A stretch of DNA of 63,975 nt, counting the filler, from Rhizaria sp. SCN 62-66 (lineage: Eukaryota): NCBI GenBank assembly GCA_001724265.1. It is 4 parts of 4 records of this genome, joined end to end, with 100 filler letters (N's around TTAATTAATTAA, not from the genome) between each part and the next. Parts side by side here need not be neighbours in the genome. Positions count along the whole stretch, not along the records: positions 1 to 14,431 come from MEDY01000508.1; positions 14,532 to 29,543 come from MEDY01000509.1; 2 more parts are not named here. One strand, written 5' to 3'. The notes beneath the pieces were generated by a model, which did not search any database, was not told the DNA's origin, and worked only from the letters and a program-made list of their open reading frames with translations. Below, piece by piece: positions 12,527-25,309 of the stretch. Every line of letters starts with the position of its first letter. Position 1 is the first letter of the stretch. Position numbers and translations under genes: made by a program.

Positions 12527-13554
12527 TGCGCGAGTGAAGGGAAAGGAGAAGTGGGGAGCTGCGGTGTGGCTTCTGACGCGGTGTTGTTGTGCAAGATAAA
12601 ACTCGGTCGGGTGCTACAAGGGTGGGTAGTGGATATGGTGCTCGTGCTCAGAGCAGGATAGCCGCGACTGTATCGGCAGGGCGGTGCCGCGAGCAGACCA
12701 AGGGGAGCAGGAGGTGCCCAAGGAATCGAGGGGAAGGAAATGCATTCAGAAAAAGGTGTGGACATTAGATGAGCAGGCATCCCAAATAGGAAATAATATT
12801 CGTCGAGTATTCAATCTAATCAAAGTAGTATCATGACTAACGACGATCCCACCATTGAGAACAGCGTCGTCTGAATTCGGCTTTCTGAGGCCTCGGCTAA
12901 GACGCTCCTCGCGGCCAGGATTTTCGGCAGTCGGTGTATGCGACACAGAAAGCCTCTATCGAGTATGCTGCGACGGGTTTTGCTTGAGCGTTAAGACTTT
13001 TGCGCGTTTTTCACTAAGCGCACTTGAGAAACTGCGGTATACTCTGTATTCAAGCCTGTTTCAGCAACTGCGCCGACTCGGTCGGGCCGAGCCGAGCCAG
13101 GGTCTGCTGCCCACGGTCAGTACAGTCACGGCCAGGAGATGTTACCGCGCATCTTGACAGACAACACAACAGTAAGTCGATCTTGCTCAACCAACAACTA
13201 ATAAGCGTTAAAACAAGCACTAACTGGACGAGCATAAACATTTCGATGCATACCAATTTGTATTTATGCATAGAATGACAGTTGACGCGAGCTCTGACTG
13301 TGAGTGCGCGTCTGCTGCGGCACGCAAAATGGCAACATGTGGGTTAAAGGCATGCGTCCTGTGGGCCCAGCAAGGGTGACACTCTGCATGCATGTAAATG
13401 GGATAAATCTCGCGTGCTGATTGTGGGGGTGACAACAGTGATCAAGAGCATAACAGGAAACCATGTGAGCGAGTGTTGGCTCGAAAAGCGACGACAAAAT
13501 GAAAATAACTTTAAGCTTAAATGGCTTTATGTTACACTTTACACCGAACAGATC

Positions 13555-13800
13555 TTATAAAGTCAACGACAAGTGCTTGTTGCAGCTTGCAGCAGGACAA
13601 CGCCCGGCCGCGCAGAGCGACTCAAACCAGCTCACAAGGCTCGTATCAAAGGGCGGCTTTACGGAGAGCAATGTCATCGTCATTGTCACAGTGAGCAACG
13701 CGGCCGACGGGCACGGCGCTGTGCCGCACAAAAAATGCGCGGCGCATGGCTTGAAAACAAGGAATATCAGTGTGTCACATGGAGGCTCTCCCTTCCAGTG
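13555..13800 (-). pseudogene. Diverged tandem copy of the Cys-containing domain at 14122-14397, with two compensating frameshifts
   Basis: Encodes DTLIFLVFKPC..(shift)AVPVGRV..(shift)KPPFDTSLVSWFESLCAAGRC, matching DTPWFIVFKPC..AVPVGRV..KPFDSTVLQWLEKHCKAGKC. Confidence 0.6.
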
Positions 13801-14121
13801 TTCTACGCATTGTCACTCCCCAATTTTAGCGGTCCAGCTTTTTTCAAGCTAAAAGGAAATTATTTATAACATACATTTCATCGAGATTGAGTGGTATGAA
13901 TGCCAGCTATTGGAATTAAGTATGAAAAACAATATATGTTCTATATTCACGAGGTTTTCTACATAAAGTGGGAATCTGTGCATATGTGACCTGGTTTCCG
14001 TCTTATGTGACGCAGTCTTGCTGAGTTGCTGACACGCCTTGTAATCACAATTTCAAGGTTTCATTTTATTTTGGGTTATAAGGAGCTCTATAGAATCATA
14101 AAGCAACATATAAAACATGTG

Positions 14122-14397
14122 TCACCTCGGCCTGAAAAGTGAGAAGAGGATGAGTGAGTGCGTTGAAGTGCCGTCACTCTTACTGCACTTGCCCGCCTTA
14201 CAGTGCTTCTCAAGCCATTGAAGCACCGTAGAGTCAAACGGCTTGCTTCCGCTGTCGTGCGTCGCCGGCTCCTTCCCGGAAATGCACGACGTCACGCGGC
14301 CAACGGGCACAGCGCCGCGCAGCAGGCTCGCCGGACACGGCTTGAAGACGATAAACCACGGGGTATCGTAGGTGCCCGCGTTATTTGTCAACTCCCT
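14122..14397 (-). CDS. Probable 3' exon of an unknown gene truncated by the assembly gap
   Basis: GC-rich open frame after a pyrimidine-rich CAG acceptor; protein-level similarity to the neighbouring copy supports coding origin; TGA at 14122. Confidence 0.5.
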   Translation of the reverse strand, partial: RELTNNAGTYDTPWFIVFKPCPASLLRGAVPVGRVTSCISGKEPATHDSGSKPFDSTVLQWLEKHCKAGKCSKSDGTSTHSLILFSLFRPR

Positions 14398-14431
14398 GGA
14401 AACAGCAGCACGGGGATACATCAGCACCGTA

Positions 14432-14531
14432 NNNNNNNNNNNNNNNNNNNNNNNNNNNNNNNNNNNNNNNNNNNNTTAATTAATTAANNNNNNNNNNNNN
14501 NNNNNNNNNNNNNNNNNNNNNNNNNNNNNNN
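14432..14531. other. Artificial contig spacer (N..TTAATTAATTAA..N)
   Basis: Six-frame stop linker inside Ns; the same design recurs at 29544-29643 and 58172-58271. Confidence 0.97.
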
Positions 14532-14532
14532 A

Positions 14533-14605
14533 TTCCCACTACGGGACTTGAACCCGTGTCTCAGCAGTGAGAGTGCCGTATACTAACCACCTATACTAAA
14601 TGGGA
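14533..14605 (-). tRNA. tRNA-Glu (CTC)
   Basis: Cloverleaf TCCCATT..AGTGGGA, anticodon arm CGGCA-CTCTCAC-TGCTG, T arm CACGG-TTCAAGT-type loop. Confidence 0.93.
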
Positions 14606-14684
14606 TGCTTGTTGTACACGAGCTTGCTGAAGCTTGTTACCTGTTAGAGTTGAGCAGGCAAGGAGAAGGGAAGCAAAAAAAAGG

Positions 14685-14756
14685 TGCGCTATCCGTGAAT
14701 CGAACACGGCTCTAATCGTTGGCAACGATCAATCATAACCACTAGACCAATAGCGC
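14685..14756 (-). tRNA. tRNA-Gly (GCC)
   Basis: GCGCTAT..ATAGCGC acceptor stem, anticodon arm GATCG-TTGCCAA-CGATT, GTTCGATTC T loop, downstream oligo-T Pol III terminator. Confidence 0.93.
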
Positions 14757-15244
14757 AACTGAGCTTTGCTGCTTCTGATGGTGCATGGAGCCCAAATCTG
14801 TAATACTTCAGCTACACAAAAACAATTATCTTTGCGTGAGTATCGAGGTCGCGCAGCTGGAATCAGTCAAGGGAAAGTGTACCCACCAGTGCCTGAGGAG
14901 CGCGGGGTATAAATGTGGGGTCAAGTTGTTTCGAATGCTGAGTAATCCGACAAAAGTGATGTTTACTCTTGGTGGCTTGACATCAGCGAGGTATGCGTTT
15001 TGTTCGGGACTGCTGCACACGGAGTAACTGGACGCCGTCACGGGCTTAATGCATCTGGAAGGGGGTATATATGGCTGGTGAGTTCAAAGATACAAGGATA
15101 TGTTAAAAAGACAGACCTTTTAAAGCATTTTAATAATTTTTGATAGAAAATGCCAAGGTTCAAAATGAGAAAACATATATTTATTTTTTCCTAAATAGAT
15201 ATAATATAGGTAAAATTTTGCAGAGAAGTCTATCTGTTTGATCG

Positions 15245-15317
15245 AACTTCGTGGCGTAGAGGTTAACGTACAAGGCTCATAACCTTGGGATCCCAGGATC
15301 GAAACCTGGCGGAGTTA
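15245..15317 (+). tRNA. Initiator tRNA-Met (CAT)
   Basis: A1-U72 pair, CAT anticodon, ATCGAAA T loop (A54/A60) typical of eukaryotic initiators, followed by an oligo-T terminator. Confidence 0.9.
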
Positions 15318-15667
15318 CTATTTTTTTTGATTCTTTTTAGGCCCGTTCGCGGGACACCGGCGTCATGCACAATATGGCTTTTTTTTGCTTCCATGCGATT
15401 CCCTGCGCCGTCCTGACTGCATCGAGCATTTAGTCGGTACCGCTGCTCTGGTCAAAACGTTAGACAGCGTTAAAACAGCTTCGATAAGTGTCGTTATGCA
15501 CTTCCAGCATCACCAAGCACGGACTCGTTGTTGTAGAAAGATCAACTAGTTGTATTATGTAACGTCAATTTAGACTAGATAAAACATGAAATAGTTATTA
15601 CAGGCTTAATACATTTGTACAGTTAAAAACGATTGTAAAGCGAATGATCATGATCACGCTGTTGTAC

Positions 15668-18600
15668 TTACCTCAGCACAACACCTTCCTCATCCAAGTA
15701 CTTCAAAAATTTACTCCTCGAGATCTGAATTCCTTTCCTCCCCACCCCTGCCACCATTACGGACCCGCCTGCCTCAGCGGCGGCTACGGCAGCCTCTTCC
15801 TCGGCCTCGATGTCGCACGCCCAGCGTGCTCCCGCGCCCGCGCCGCGCCGCTCCAGCACGCGCAGCCCCGAGGCGCGGAGGCGCGAGAAGGCGGCGTCGA
15901 AGTAGATGGGCTCGAACGACGCGGCGCAGTCGAGGAGATCGACCTGCTCCGGAGCAAGCAGCCACGCGCGCAGAGCGCAGCGGTGGCAGCAGAACATCTC
16001 GGGACGCTCGGCGCGAGGCCGACCATGCTTGCCTTTCTTCCCCAGAGCAATAACAGGTGCTGCAGCGGAAACAGCCTTTGCTACTGCTGCTGCTGCCTGT
16101 GCCTCGTATGCTGTTGCTATGTTGCGCACCGTTTGCACTGCTGACGCTGTGCGTTGCGTTGAGACAGTTTGAGGCAAAGCAGCATCAACACTGACGTTAC
16201 TGTTGTCTGCGTTCGTCGTCGTAGCACTGCTAGCGTTTACAGCGGCGTTGAGTGCAGCGGCAGCGGCGGCTTGCGATGCAGCAATGCGCTCACTGAGAGG
16301 CGCAATCGGCTCGTCATCCGAGGACTCTTGACTGCAGAAGCGCAGTTGCACGCGCACCACATTATCGCGGTCTCCTGCGCCGCTAGAGCTCGAGTCAGCG
16401 GCAGTGTTGCTGCCATTGCAGTCGTACTCTTCGTCGTCTTCCTCCTCATTCGTATCTTTACAGTCGCCAGCATCAACACCAGCGTCAGCCCTAAACTCAG
16501 CTTTAACGACTGATTCAGCATTCGCAGCGCTTTCGTTATTGTCTCTGTCAATCGCAGAGATGGCCGCCACGGCCGCGGCCTGCGCCCGCGCCTGCGCGGC
16601 ATCAATCGCGGCCATGAGCCTCTGCAGCGCCGCGACATTCTGCTCGGCCGTGGCCATGGGGCGCATGCCGTAGGACATCATCGCATTCCGGAGCTGTGCC
16701 ATGCTCATGCCGCCCAGAGCTGCGGCGCTGAGACGTGGCACCACTGGCGTCGGCGGGGACATGACGCCCATCGCCGCCGCAGTCAGCACTGACACGCCTG
16801 CCGCGGCGCCGGCCGCCGCCGCTGCTGCCGACGTCGCCGTGTGGGCGGCGCGCAAGAGCTGCGGGGTGCGCGGGCCGGACGACTGCCGTGACAAAGCATC
16901 CGCCTTGGACGCGGTTTGTGCTTGGGTGGCCACTGTGACAATGTTATTCGTGTTAGTTTGACCGGAGGCGGGCTGCGAAGACGGGGCAGAGTCGTCGAAA
17001 AGCAGAGGCACTGGCGGCGGTACAATGGGTGCGTTGATGTGACCAGAGGCAGGACGTTTAACAGATTGAAATGGTGACGCATGTGCAAAGGCGAACTCGC
17101 GTGGCGTTGCACTTGCATTGTTTTTAACAAACGAAGATGCACGGTTACTCAAGCCAGGAGTGCTTAAGTGGGCGTCGCCAGAGTTGCTGGACTCTGTCTT
17201 GACGTATTGGACTCGCGTCACCACACGAGCGCTCTTGTGGTGAACAACTCCAACTAAACGGGGTGTCTGTTGCTGCTGCTGCTGCTGCTGCTGCGGCGAG
17301 CATGCTGCGCTGCTGTTGTTGCTGTTGATATTAATCCTGGTGTCAGGCGTGCGAATCGTGACCGAGAGCACTGTGCGCAGCGAGTGCTTCCGCAGTGGTG
17401 GCCTTGGCGGGGACAGTGGCACCAGAGGCGGGGGCGACGCCGGCGACGTCAAACCAGTCAGTGTGCGAAGAGCGACGTTACAGATCAAGTTATCAACCCC
17501 TCCCGTCTCATTCGCTGCTGCTGTTCGCGCGCTTGCAGGCGAGTGTGCCGGGGAAAAGAGCGGTGTAACGGCCGGCGACTGAGCAGGCGTGATAACAGGC
17601 GTCAGTGCAGTTGATTCACTCGCAACAACACAATTTGCGACAACGTTGCCTTCGCTACTGTCGCTATCAGTGTTGTTGTTTGCAACGAAATTGGGCTGTA
17701 AAGCGAGTAAGTACGCGTCCATAGGATCCATTTCAACTGTGACAGTCACAGTAACTTCATCATTCTGCGCACCAACAGCACTGTTCTCTCCTGAACTCAC
17801 AGAGTCGACGTTAGCATTTGTGCTGCTATTGATGTTATAATCGTCACTGTTCACGCGGTTGTGAGAGCTACTGAGGCGATTCTCATCAGTATTGTTGCTG
17901 GTGCTGTCCCTCTCGGAGTCAGCAATCGTGTTCTCGTTGATGTTGTCGTCGCTATTGTTGTTATTGTTGTTCTCGTCACCAAAGTCGCCAAGACCTTCGA
18001 GATCATCGTAGTCGTCACGGTACTCCTGCAGGTCCTCGTCTTCAGCATCGCTGTTCGCGCTACTTGCAGGAGCGCTCGCGCCACTCGCAGCAGACTCAGC
18101 AGCAAAATCATGAGCAGCAGAGGAGGCGCTGTTGTTTGCAGCGTCGCTGTCGTCGTCACAGTCTCGCATTGCGACAGCCTTGCTGTTACCGTGATCGTTA
18201 CCATCGTCGTTGATACCGTGGTCGTTGTCATGAGCGACAGCTGATGCGCTGTCGTTGAGCAGACACTCAGCCACAGTCGCCAGCGGCAGCGAACCCAGGT
18301 TCGGCTCACACTGGTCATTATCCAACGCAAAAGCAGCAACAGTACCTTCAGATTCGGCAGCAGCAGCAGTGCTCGTCATGTTTGTCGCGGTTGAGTTGTT
18401 GTGATCATTAAAGTTAATGTCACTCTCCGCAGTCGTGTCACAGTCCGCGGCCGCAGTCATGGAGGCAGCAGCAACGGAATCACGGTCAAAGGAGCCAACA
18501 TTGCCAGCATTGTGAGTAGTGAGGTTATCGCAATCCTCGTCGTTGTTGCGGTTTATGTCGTTGTTGTTGTTGCTATCACTGAAAGAAACATTCGTCAAAG

Positions 18601-21600
18601 TTGTCGTCGACGCAAGCGCGGTCGTCGACAACAATGACGCGGACGGGGAAGAAGACTCAGACTGCAGTGACGCTGGTAACAGCGACACAGCGTCAGATTC
18701 GTCAGCAGCTGCAGCTGCAGACGCTGAAGCAGAGGAGGATGACGTGGTGTTGTTTGAGTGCCCTAGAGAGAGACTTGCAAGACGAGAGCGCTTGACACCG
18801 CCTCGAGGGCTGTCGATCACATCATCATCTGCGCCTGCCTCGGCCTCAGCCTCTGTCTCTGCTACAGACTTTGCATCAACATCATCAGTTAGTGCATCTG
18901 CCGCCGTGTCTTTCGCAGTGCCAGCACTCGCGTTGTTGCTATCGGTAGCTGACAACGCGGCATCATAACCACTTTGCTGTTGTTGCTGCTCGTGATTGTT
19001 CGCATCGTTTTCGCTCACACCCATCAGCTCCAGCAGCATATCCATGCGCATCACGCTCTCGGCGCGCGTCACAATCAAGCTACCGCGCGTCGAGGCAGCG
19101 ACTGCGGGCGAGGACGCGATCAGCGACAGCGGCGTGCCAGTGCCGCTGCCGCCGATCGCAGCGGTGCGGGCTCGCGAGAGCCGGACCGGGGACGTTACGC
19201 TGCCAGGACTGGAGACAGACTGTGTCTGCGACTGTGAGCGGCTGGGGGACTTGGTCTGACTCAGCGCTTGAGCCTGCGCTTGCGACTGTGATATTGCTTG
19301 CGAGCGCAACGGTAAGAGCTGTTGTGAGGGCGACGCTGCTGTGTTGTTATTGCTGCTGATGACGTGTGTAGCTGTTGTGACAGCATCGTTACAGATGTCA
19401 TCTTGAACAGAAGACGCACTCTGCAGAGAATCAGCAGCAGTAGCCTCGGTCTGCGCAGTGTTGTCCGCATTGTTGTCGTGGACAGCAGCGGCGCTGTGTG
19501 TGTGCCCAGCGGCAAGAGCCCACTCCGCCCCGCGCCACTGCGCCTCAACATCGCTGTCACCGTCATGAGATTCAACAAGACACACAGAGCCAGTGGTAAA
19601 CTGACTGCTGCGACTGTGGACGTTGTTGCGACGCGTCGTTGTCACGTTTTGCTGTGGGACGATAACACGCTCGTTGCGGTCAATGAAGCCGTTCTCAAAG
19701 AGCTGTTCGTCGTACTCTCCATTGTACGCTGCTGACGCGTTCGCACTCGCACTGTCACCGCCGTGTTGTAGCTGCAGCAGCTCATCGGTCGCAGGCGTGC
19801 CCGTCTCGAACCCGGCCGCCAGCGCGTCGGCGTCCGCCGCGACGGGCGCAATCTCGAGCGCGCACTCGGCGGCCACCACGTTGGCGGCGCACGATAACAC
19901 CTCGGCCATCATCGCGCGCGCACGCAGCTCCTCCCCGCTCAACCCCGCGGCACCCGCACCCGCGTTCGCATTCGCGTTCGCAGCGGTTTGAGCAACGGCG
20001 GAGGGAGACTGGCGGCCTGAGGTGCTGTTGCGGGGCCGCTTCGGCGCCAGTGCCGCGGTGCCTGCTGCGGCGAACGCGCGGCTGAGCGCGAACGCAAGCG
20101 CGCGCACAGCGACGCCGTCTCGCATCCTTGGCACCGCGCGCGGGGCGGCGCCTGTGCCCGAGACCGAGGCCTGTGCGGCGCGGACAAGCGCGGCGCCGGA
20201 GGGCTCGGCGCCAGCGACGGGCGCGAGCGCGGTCGCGAGCGCGTGTGCGGCGACGGAGTCGGCAACGGCCGAGAGAGACTGCGAGTCGACAGGCGGCACG
20301 CTCGAGCCCGCACTCGCGCTAGCACCAGCACTCGCGCTTGAGGCTGGGGCAAATTCAGTGTCAGTCGCGTTCATGTTCGTGTTGTGTGTGTTGTGGAGGA
20401 GTTGCACTGCCTCCATCGCGGCAGAGAGCGCGGAAGACAGGCGCGCGTTTTGCAGTGCTTCAGTCGCAGCAGCGGACAAGGCAGCAACAGACACAGCGCT
20501 GGTATTCCAGCCGGCGCTGTTGCTGCCGGAGTTACCGCTGCTGAGGAACGCAGCGAGCGTGCCAGCGCCAGTCGCACTCACAGCCTCGCCCCCGCCCACA
20601 GCAGCTGCGGCAGCGGCGGCGGCGGTGGCGGCGGCCGTGCCCGCGAGGCCGGCGCGCGCCTGCGCCCCGCGCTGCATGGGCATCGCGAAGCCGCAGGGCG
20701 AGACCAGCACAGGCGTCCCGCCCTGCACGCCGCCCACGAACACGGCCCCCGCGCGCGCGCCGCGGCCGGCGGCGCCCTTGCCCTGCGGGGCGCCGGACAC
20801 CGCGCTGATCACGACGCCGCCGCGGCCGGCTGCGGTCGCAAACGCACTCGAGCTGGCACCCGCGCCGGCGACTGAGAACGTGAGGGCGTTGCTGTTGCTG
20901 CTGTTCCTGTTGGTGCTGCGGATCGGTGAAAAGGCAGAGGCAGCGCCGCTTGTTGTGGCAGCAGCAGGAGTAGCGGCGGCAGTGTGCGCGGACACAGCGG
21001 GGGCGGCAGCAGTGTGCGCGCGCAAGAGAGCAGCCGTGTACACACGGTGACGCGCGTCAGCTTCCGCAACAGCCGCCGCAGTTGCAGATACCGTCGTCGC
21101 AGTTGTCGAAGCAGCAGCAGCCGCGCCAGAAGCCGCGTCGGGAGCAGGAGCAGCAGCGGCGGCGGCGAGCTGTGTGAGACATCGCGCGGCCTCTGCGTGT
21201 ACCGCGGTGGAGAGCTGCAGCAGCGCAGTGAGCCGCGCGTACGCCGCGGCGGCCTCGCGCTGCCGGCGCCGCTGCTCGCGCCGCTGCGCGCGCTGCCGGT
21301 GCCGCGCGGCGCGCTGCTGCTGCCGCTGGGCGCGCGCAAGGCGGCGCTGCTCGCGGCGCTGGGCCCTGTCAGCGTGGGCGCGCGCGCGACCGGCGGCGGC
21401 CTCGTTGGCGCCCTCGTCGCCCATCGCGGCAACACTGGCACTGCTGTCGTCCGCGGAGTGATCCGAGGCCGAGTCGGAGTCCGTGGGAATGTCTGGCTGC
21501 GAGGCGGCGTCGGAGGCGGAGACAGTGTCGTCGGAGTCAGCCGCAGCGCCAAGAGAGGATTGCTGTTGCTGTTGCTGCTGCTGCTGTTGCAGGAAAGCCA

Positions 21601-24600
21601 GCACGGCCTCACTCGCAGTCAGCGGTGCGGCGGGCGGCGGCGAGGCAGCGGCTTTGCGACGGCTGCCGGCGCCATTGGTCCTCGCACCCGCAGCTGAGTC
21701 CGCAGTTGCCAAGGCAAACACCGTCGCGGCGCCGCGGGATACGGCGGCGATCCTGCTCCCGCCCCCACCACGGCCTCGACCGCGGCCACGGCCTGACGAG
21801 GCGACATCAGCGGCAGCATTGAACCGGGCAGAAGCTGTTGTGCGTGAGGAATCTTCCTTGCTCGCGACGACATCATCGTCGTCATCGTCGTTGACTTCAC
21901 CCGCGACAGCCTTCGCTTTGGTCTCGGCCTTCAGCTTTGCACTTGAACTTGCGCTCGCGTTCGTGTCCGTGTCAGACTCGTCACTGACACTCAACGCACT
22001 CTCGTCACCCTCGTTGTCAGCGTCGGCGTTGCCGCGAGTCGCGCCGGGGGTGCCGGCCGCCTTTGTCTGCCGCCGTATCGCCGCAGTCGCTCCTGTCGCA
22101 ACGGCAGTCGCTGAGGCAGCAGCGCGGGACTTCTTCGTCGCAGCCACAAGGACAGCAGCCGTAGCAGCCTTCCGCCGGCGCGACACCGTTGCAGTCGCAG
22201 AGCCAGAGCTTGCACCCGCAGCCGCGGCGGCAGCACCTGCAGCGGCGGCGGCGGCGCTGGCCGCGGCGGCAGTGGCCTTGGCGTTGCCGGTGTTGCCGTC
22301 CAGCCAGCCTGCCAGCGACGGCGCCCCGCCGCGAGACGCAGCACTCGCGCCCACGGAGTCAACGCTAGATTTCCTGTCGTGTGACGAAGTGTCGGGAGAA
22401 GAAGCGCAAGCGTTAGAGCTGCTTGAGATATCGTGGGAGTCATTTATGTCGTTTTTAGAAGTACTAGAGATTGCGATCCAGGCAGAGCGAGACTTGACAG
22501 TAGTACCAGCCTTCGACTTCCTGCTCGTGGCAAGCGTTGTGTTGGAGAGATCGACGACAACGTCGTCATCGTCGTCGTCGTTGTCGTTAGAGCCCCGCAA
22601 ACCAGTTTTGTTGTCCGAAGCAGGAGTCTTGGACTTTGTGTTTGAGTCTGTAGCGTCGGTCTTGGCGTCATTGTCATGATCAGCATCGTGCATGCGCTGC
22701 TGCTTTTTGCTTTGCTGCTTCTGCGACAAACTCAAAGTAGAGACTGCGCCATTGTCAGTGCGCGCGCCATCGTTTGAGCCATCATTGAGTTGTTGTGACA
22801 TGAGACTTGGAATATTGTCAGGAATGAAAAACTCGTTGTCAAGCATCTGCATCACACCGTGAGGGCTCTTACCGTTCGCAACAGAGTCTGCTGCTTCTGC
22901 ATTTGCTGCCGGTGTTGCCTTGGCCACGATTGGCGTTAATTTGCGCGATGATGAGCGCGACTGCGGGCGTGAGCGCACGGAAGACTCTTGCTCTTGCTCC
23001 TGTTGTTGCTTCTTCTTTTTCTGTGCTTTGGCAGAGAGCGAGGGTAGTTGCTGTTGATCCTTGGAGACAAGCGAAAGCAAAGAAAGATGATCATCATCGT
23101 CACAGGCAGAGTCATCATCATCCGCAGATGCCTTAGCCACAACGACACTCTTCGCATCCGGCTTACCCTTGTTGCCATGCTTCGAAGACGTTTCACGGTC
23201 ACGACCACTTTCAGCCTTGGGCTTCGTCGCAGTCTCAGCTTCATCGCTGCTGCCGTCGCCGTCAGTGTCACTGTCAGTCGCGCCGTAGTTGTAGCTCGAC
23301 ACGGCCGCGCGCGCGCGCCCCGACGTGCGCAGCGGCGTGCCCACCGCACTGCGCGGCGCACTGCGCGGTGGGCTCTGCGACGGTGTGCGTGGCGCAGCGT
23401 GCGGCGCGGTATGCGGCGCAGTGCGCGACGGCGTGCGCGGCGGCGAGGAAAGCGGTTTCGCAGCAGCGCGGGCGCGCGAACGCACAGAGACACTATCGCC
23501 GTCGTTTTTGCCAGTGGGCTTCGCACTCTTGCTCTGCTTGCTCTTGTCGCCGTCCTCGTCTTCACTGCTCACAAGAACGATGTCGCTGCCGTCGCTGCCG
23601 TCGTCGCCGTCGTCGTCTTTGGTTTTGTTGCTGCTTTTGTTGTCACTGTTGCGGCCGCGAGCACTGCGCTTATCTGCAGCAGCGCCAGACGCAGTAGCAG
23701 AAGTATGCGCACCAGTTGCCGCAGCCGCTGCTGCTGCTGCTGCTGCTGCTGCGGTGAGTGGCTTGGGTTTCTTGGCCTTCGCTTTTGAAGAGCCATCAGT
23801 ACCAATAAAGTCATACACGGAGACAGACGCAGACGTTGAGTTTGGCTTCGCTTGAGAAGTGTTGGCAGCGTTTCCGACATCACTATTATCGGAGAGATCA
23901 GTTTCACCATCGTTTTTCTTGCTCTTCTTGTCCTTGTCACTTGAAGCAAGCTGTTGCGCTTGATCTTGTCGGCTCAGCTTTTTCTGAAGCCCGCCGTGTT
24001 CTTGATCGAGAGCGGCAGCAGAGCCGAGGTCCTTCTTGTTCTTCTTCGCCTTGCTAGCATTGCTGCTGTTGCTGCAGTTGCTGTCGTCGTTCACGGGGGC
24101 GGCTGCGGCAGTGAAGCTTGCACTGGTGGTGCGAAACAGGAAGCCCATGCCGCCGCCGTCACCGCCGCCGTCGCTAATATCGTTGTTATCGTAGTCGTAG
24201 TCGGCGTCGTCCGCGTCCGCCCTCGGCTTCGGCGCCGCTTTGCCGCTAGACTTGAGCTTCGGCTTCGTCACGATCGGCGTGCCGAGACTAGACCTACCTA
24301 CGCTCACACCAGAGCTTGCGCTCGCGTTGCTTGGAGCGCAATTCGGCATTTTCGCACCCACCGAGCCTGACTTGGCATCGTTAGCAGCACTGTCAGCAGG
24401 GCCAGCAGCAGCGGCAGCAGCAGCAGCAGCAGCAGCAGCAGCGGCAGCAGCAGCAGCAGCAGCTGCAGCGGTAGCAGCGGCGGCAGCAGCAGCAGACTTG
24501 TTCTTGCGCTGCTTCTGCTTGCGCTCGCTCTCGCTGTCGTCGACACAGTCGTTGCCGGAATCGTTGTCGTCATTCTTGCTACTCTTGCTCTTGTGAGCGT

Positions 24601-25309
24601 TCTTGCTTGCATTGTTCTTCACACCAGCAGTACCAGCAGCGCTGGAGTCAGCGTCTGCGGCTGCATCTGCGCGAGCGTTTCCAGCTCCAGCGTCGGTGCC
24701 AGCGGTAGCGCCAGCGTCGGGCTTCTTGCGAGAGGACGGCCGCTTCACTGCCACGGCCGCATCCGCATCATCGCCCGCGCCCGCGCCCACGGCCACTTTG
24801 TCAGCGCGAGCAGCTGCAGCATTCACTTTGCCGCTGCTCACGGTCACGCCTTCGTCTGTAGCGTCAGGCTTTGTGCGCTGCTTCTGTGCTTTCAGCGCCG
24901 AGGGCTTCTGTTCCTGCGCGGCCTTCTTCTGTTTCTGTTCCAGCCTCAGCTGCTTCTGCTTCTGCGCTGCTGCTGCTGCTGCAGCTGTAGCCGTTGCTTT
25001 TGAGGTAGTGCCCCAGTCGGAGTCAGTGTCACTGCTGTCGAGCACAACCTCCTCGAGCTCAGAGTCAGAGCCGGCGTCGGACGAGGACGAGAGCTAGATC
25101 ACGTCGTGCTCACCTCCGCGCCGGGCGGGCAGCGCGCGCGACTTGGACTGCGACAGCTGCGCCGCCGCCGCCGCTGAGGTGTCCAGGCCTCGCGGCCGCG
25201 TGAGGCAGTTGTTGACGTGCCGCTCGCGCACTGCCTCACTCATCTTGCTCAAAGAGACATAACAGAGCGGACAGGTAATAGCGCGCGTGTCGCCGGGCTT
25301 GCGGGACAT
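15668..25309 (-). CDS. SLX4: SLX4-like structure-specific endonuclease scaffold, ~3213 aa, intronless, one in-frame TAG at 25094-25096
   Basis: N-terminal UBZ-type zinc finger (CPLC..RERHVNNCL), SIM-like motifs (DIVLVSSEDED, DVVVDLS), SAP-like domain (MSMAQLRNAMMSYGMRP) and C-terminal SLX1-binding-like end (FEPIYF..ISRSKFLKYLDEEGV). Confidence 0.72.

Noticed and set aside
14476-14487. Palindromic TTAATTAATTAA inside N runs (also at ~29588 and ~58216)
   Set aside because: Artificial six-frame stop linker used to concatenate contigs; adjacency across it has no biological meaning.
14533-15317. tRNA cluster as source of a UAG-decoding tRNA
   Set aside because: Anticodons are CTC, GCC and CAT; I saw no CTA-anticodon tRNA in this window.
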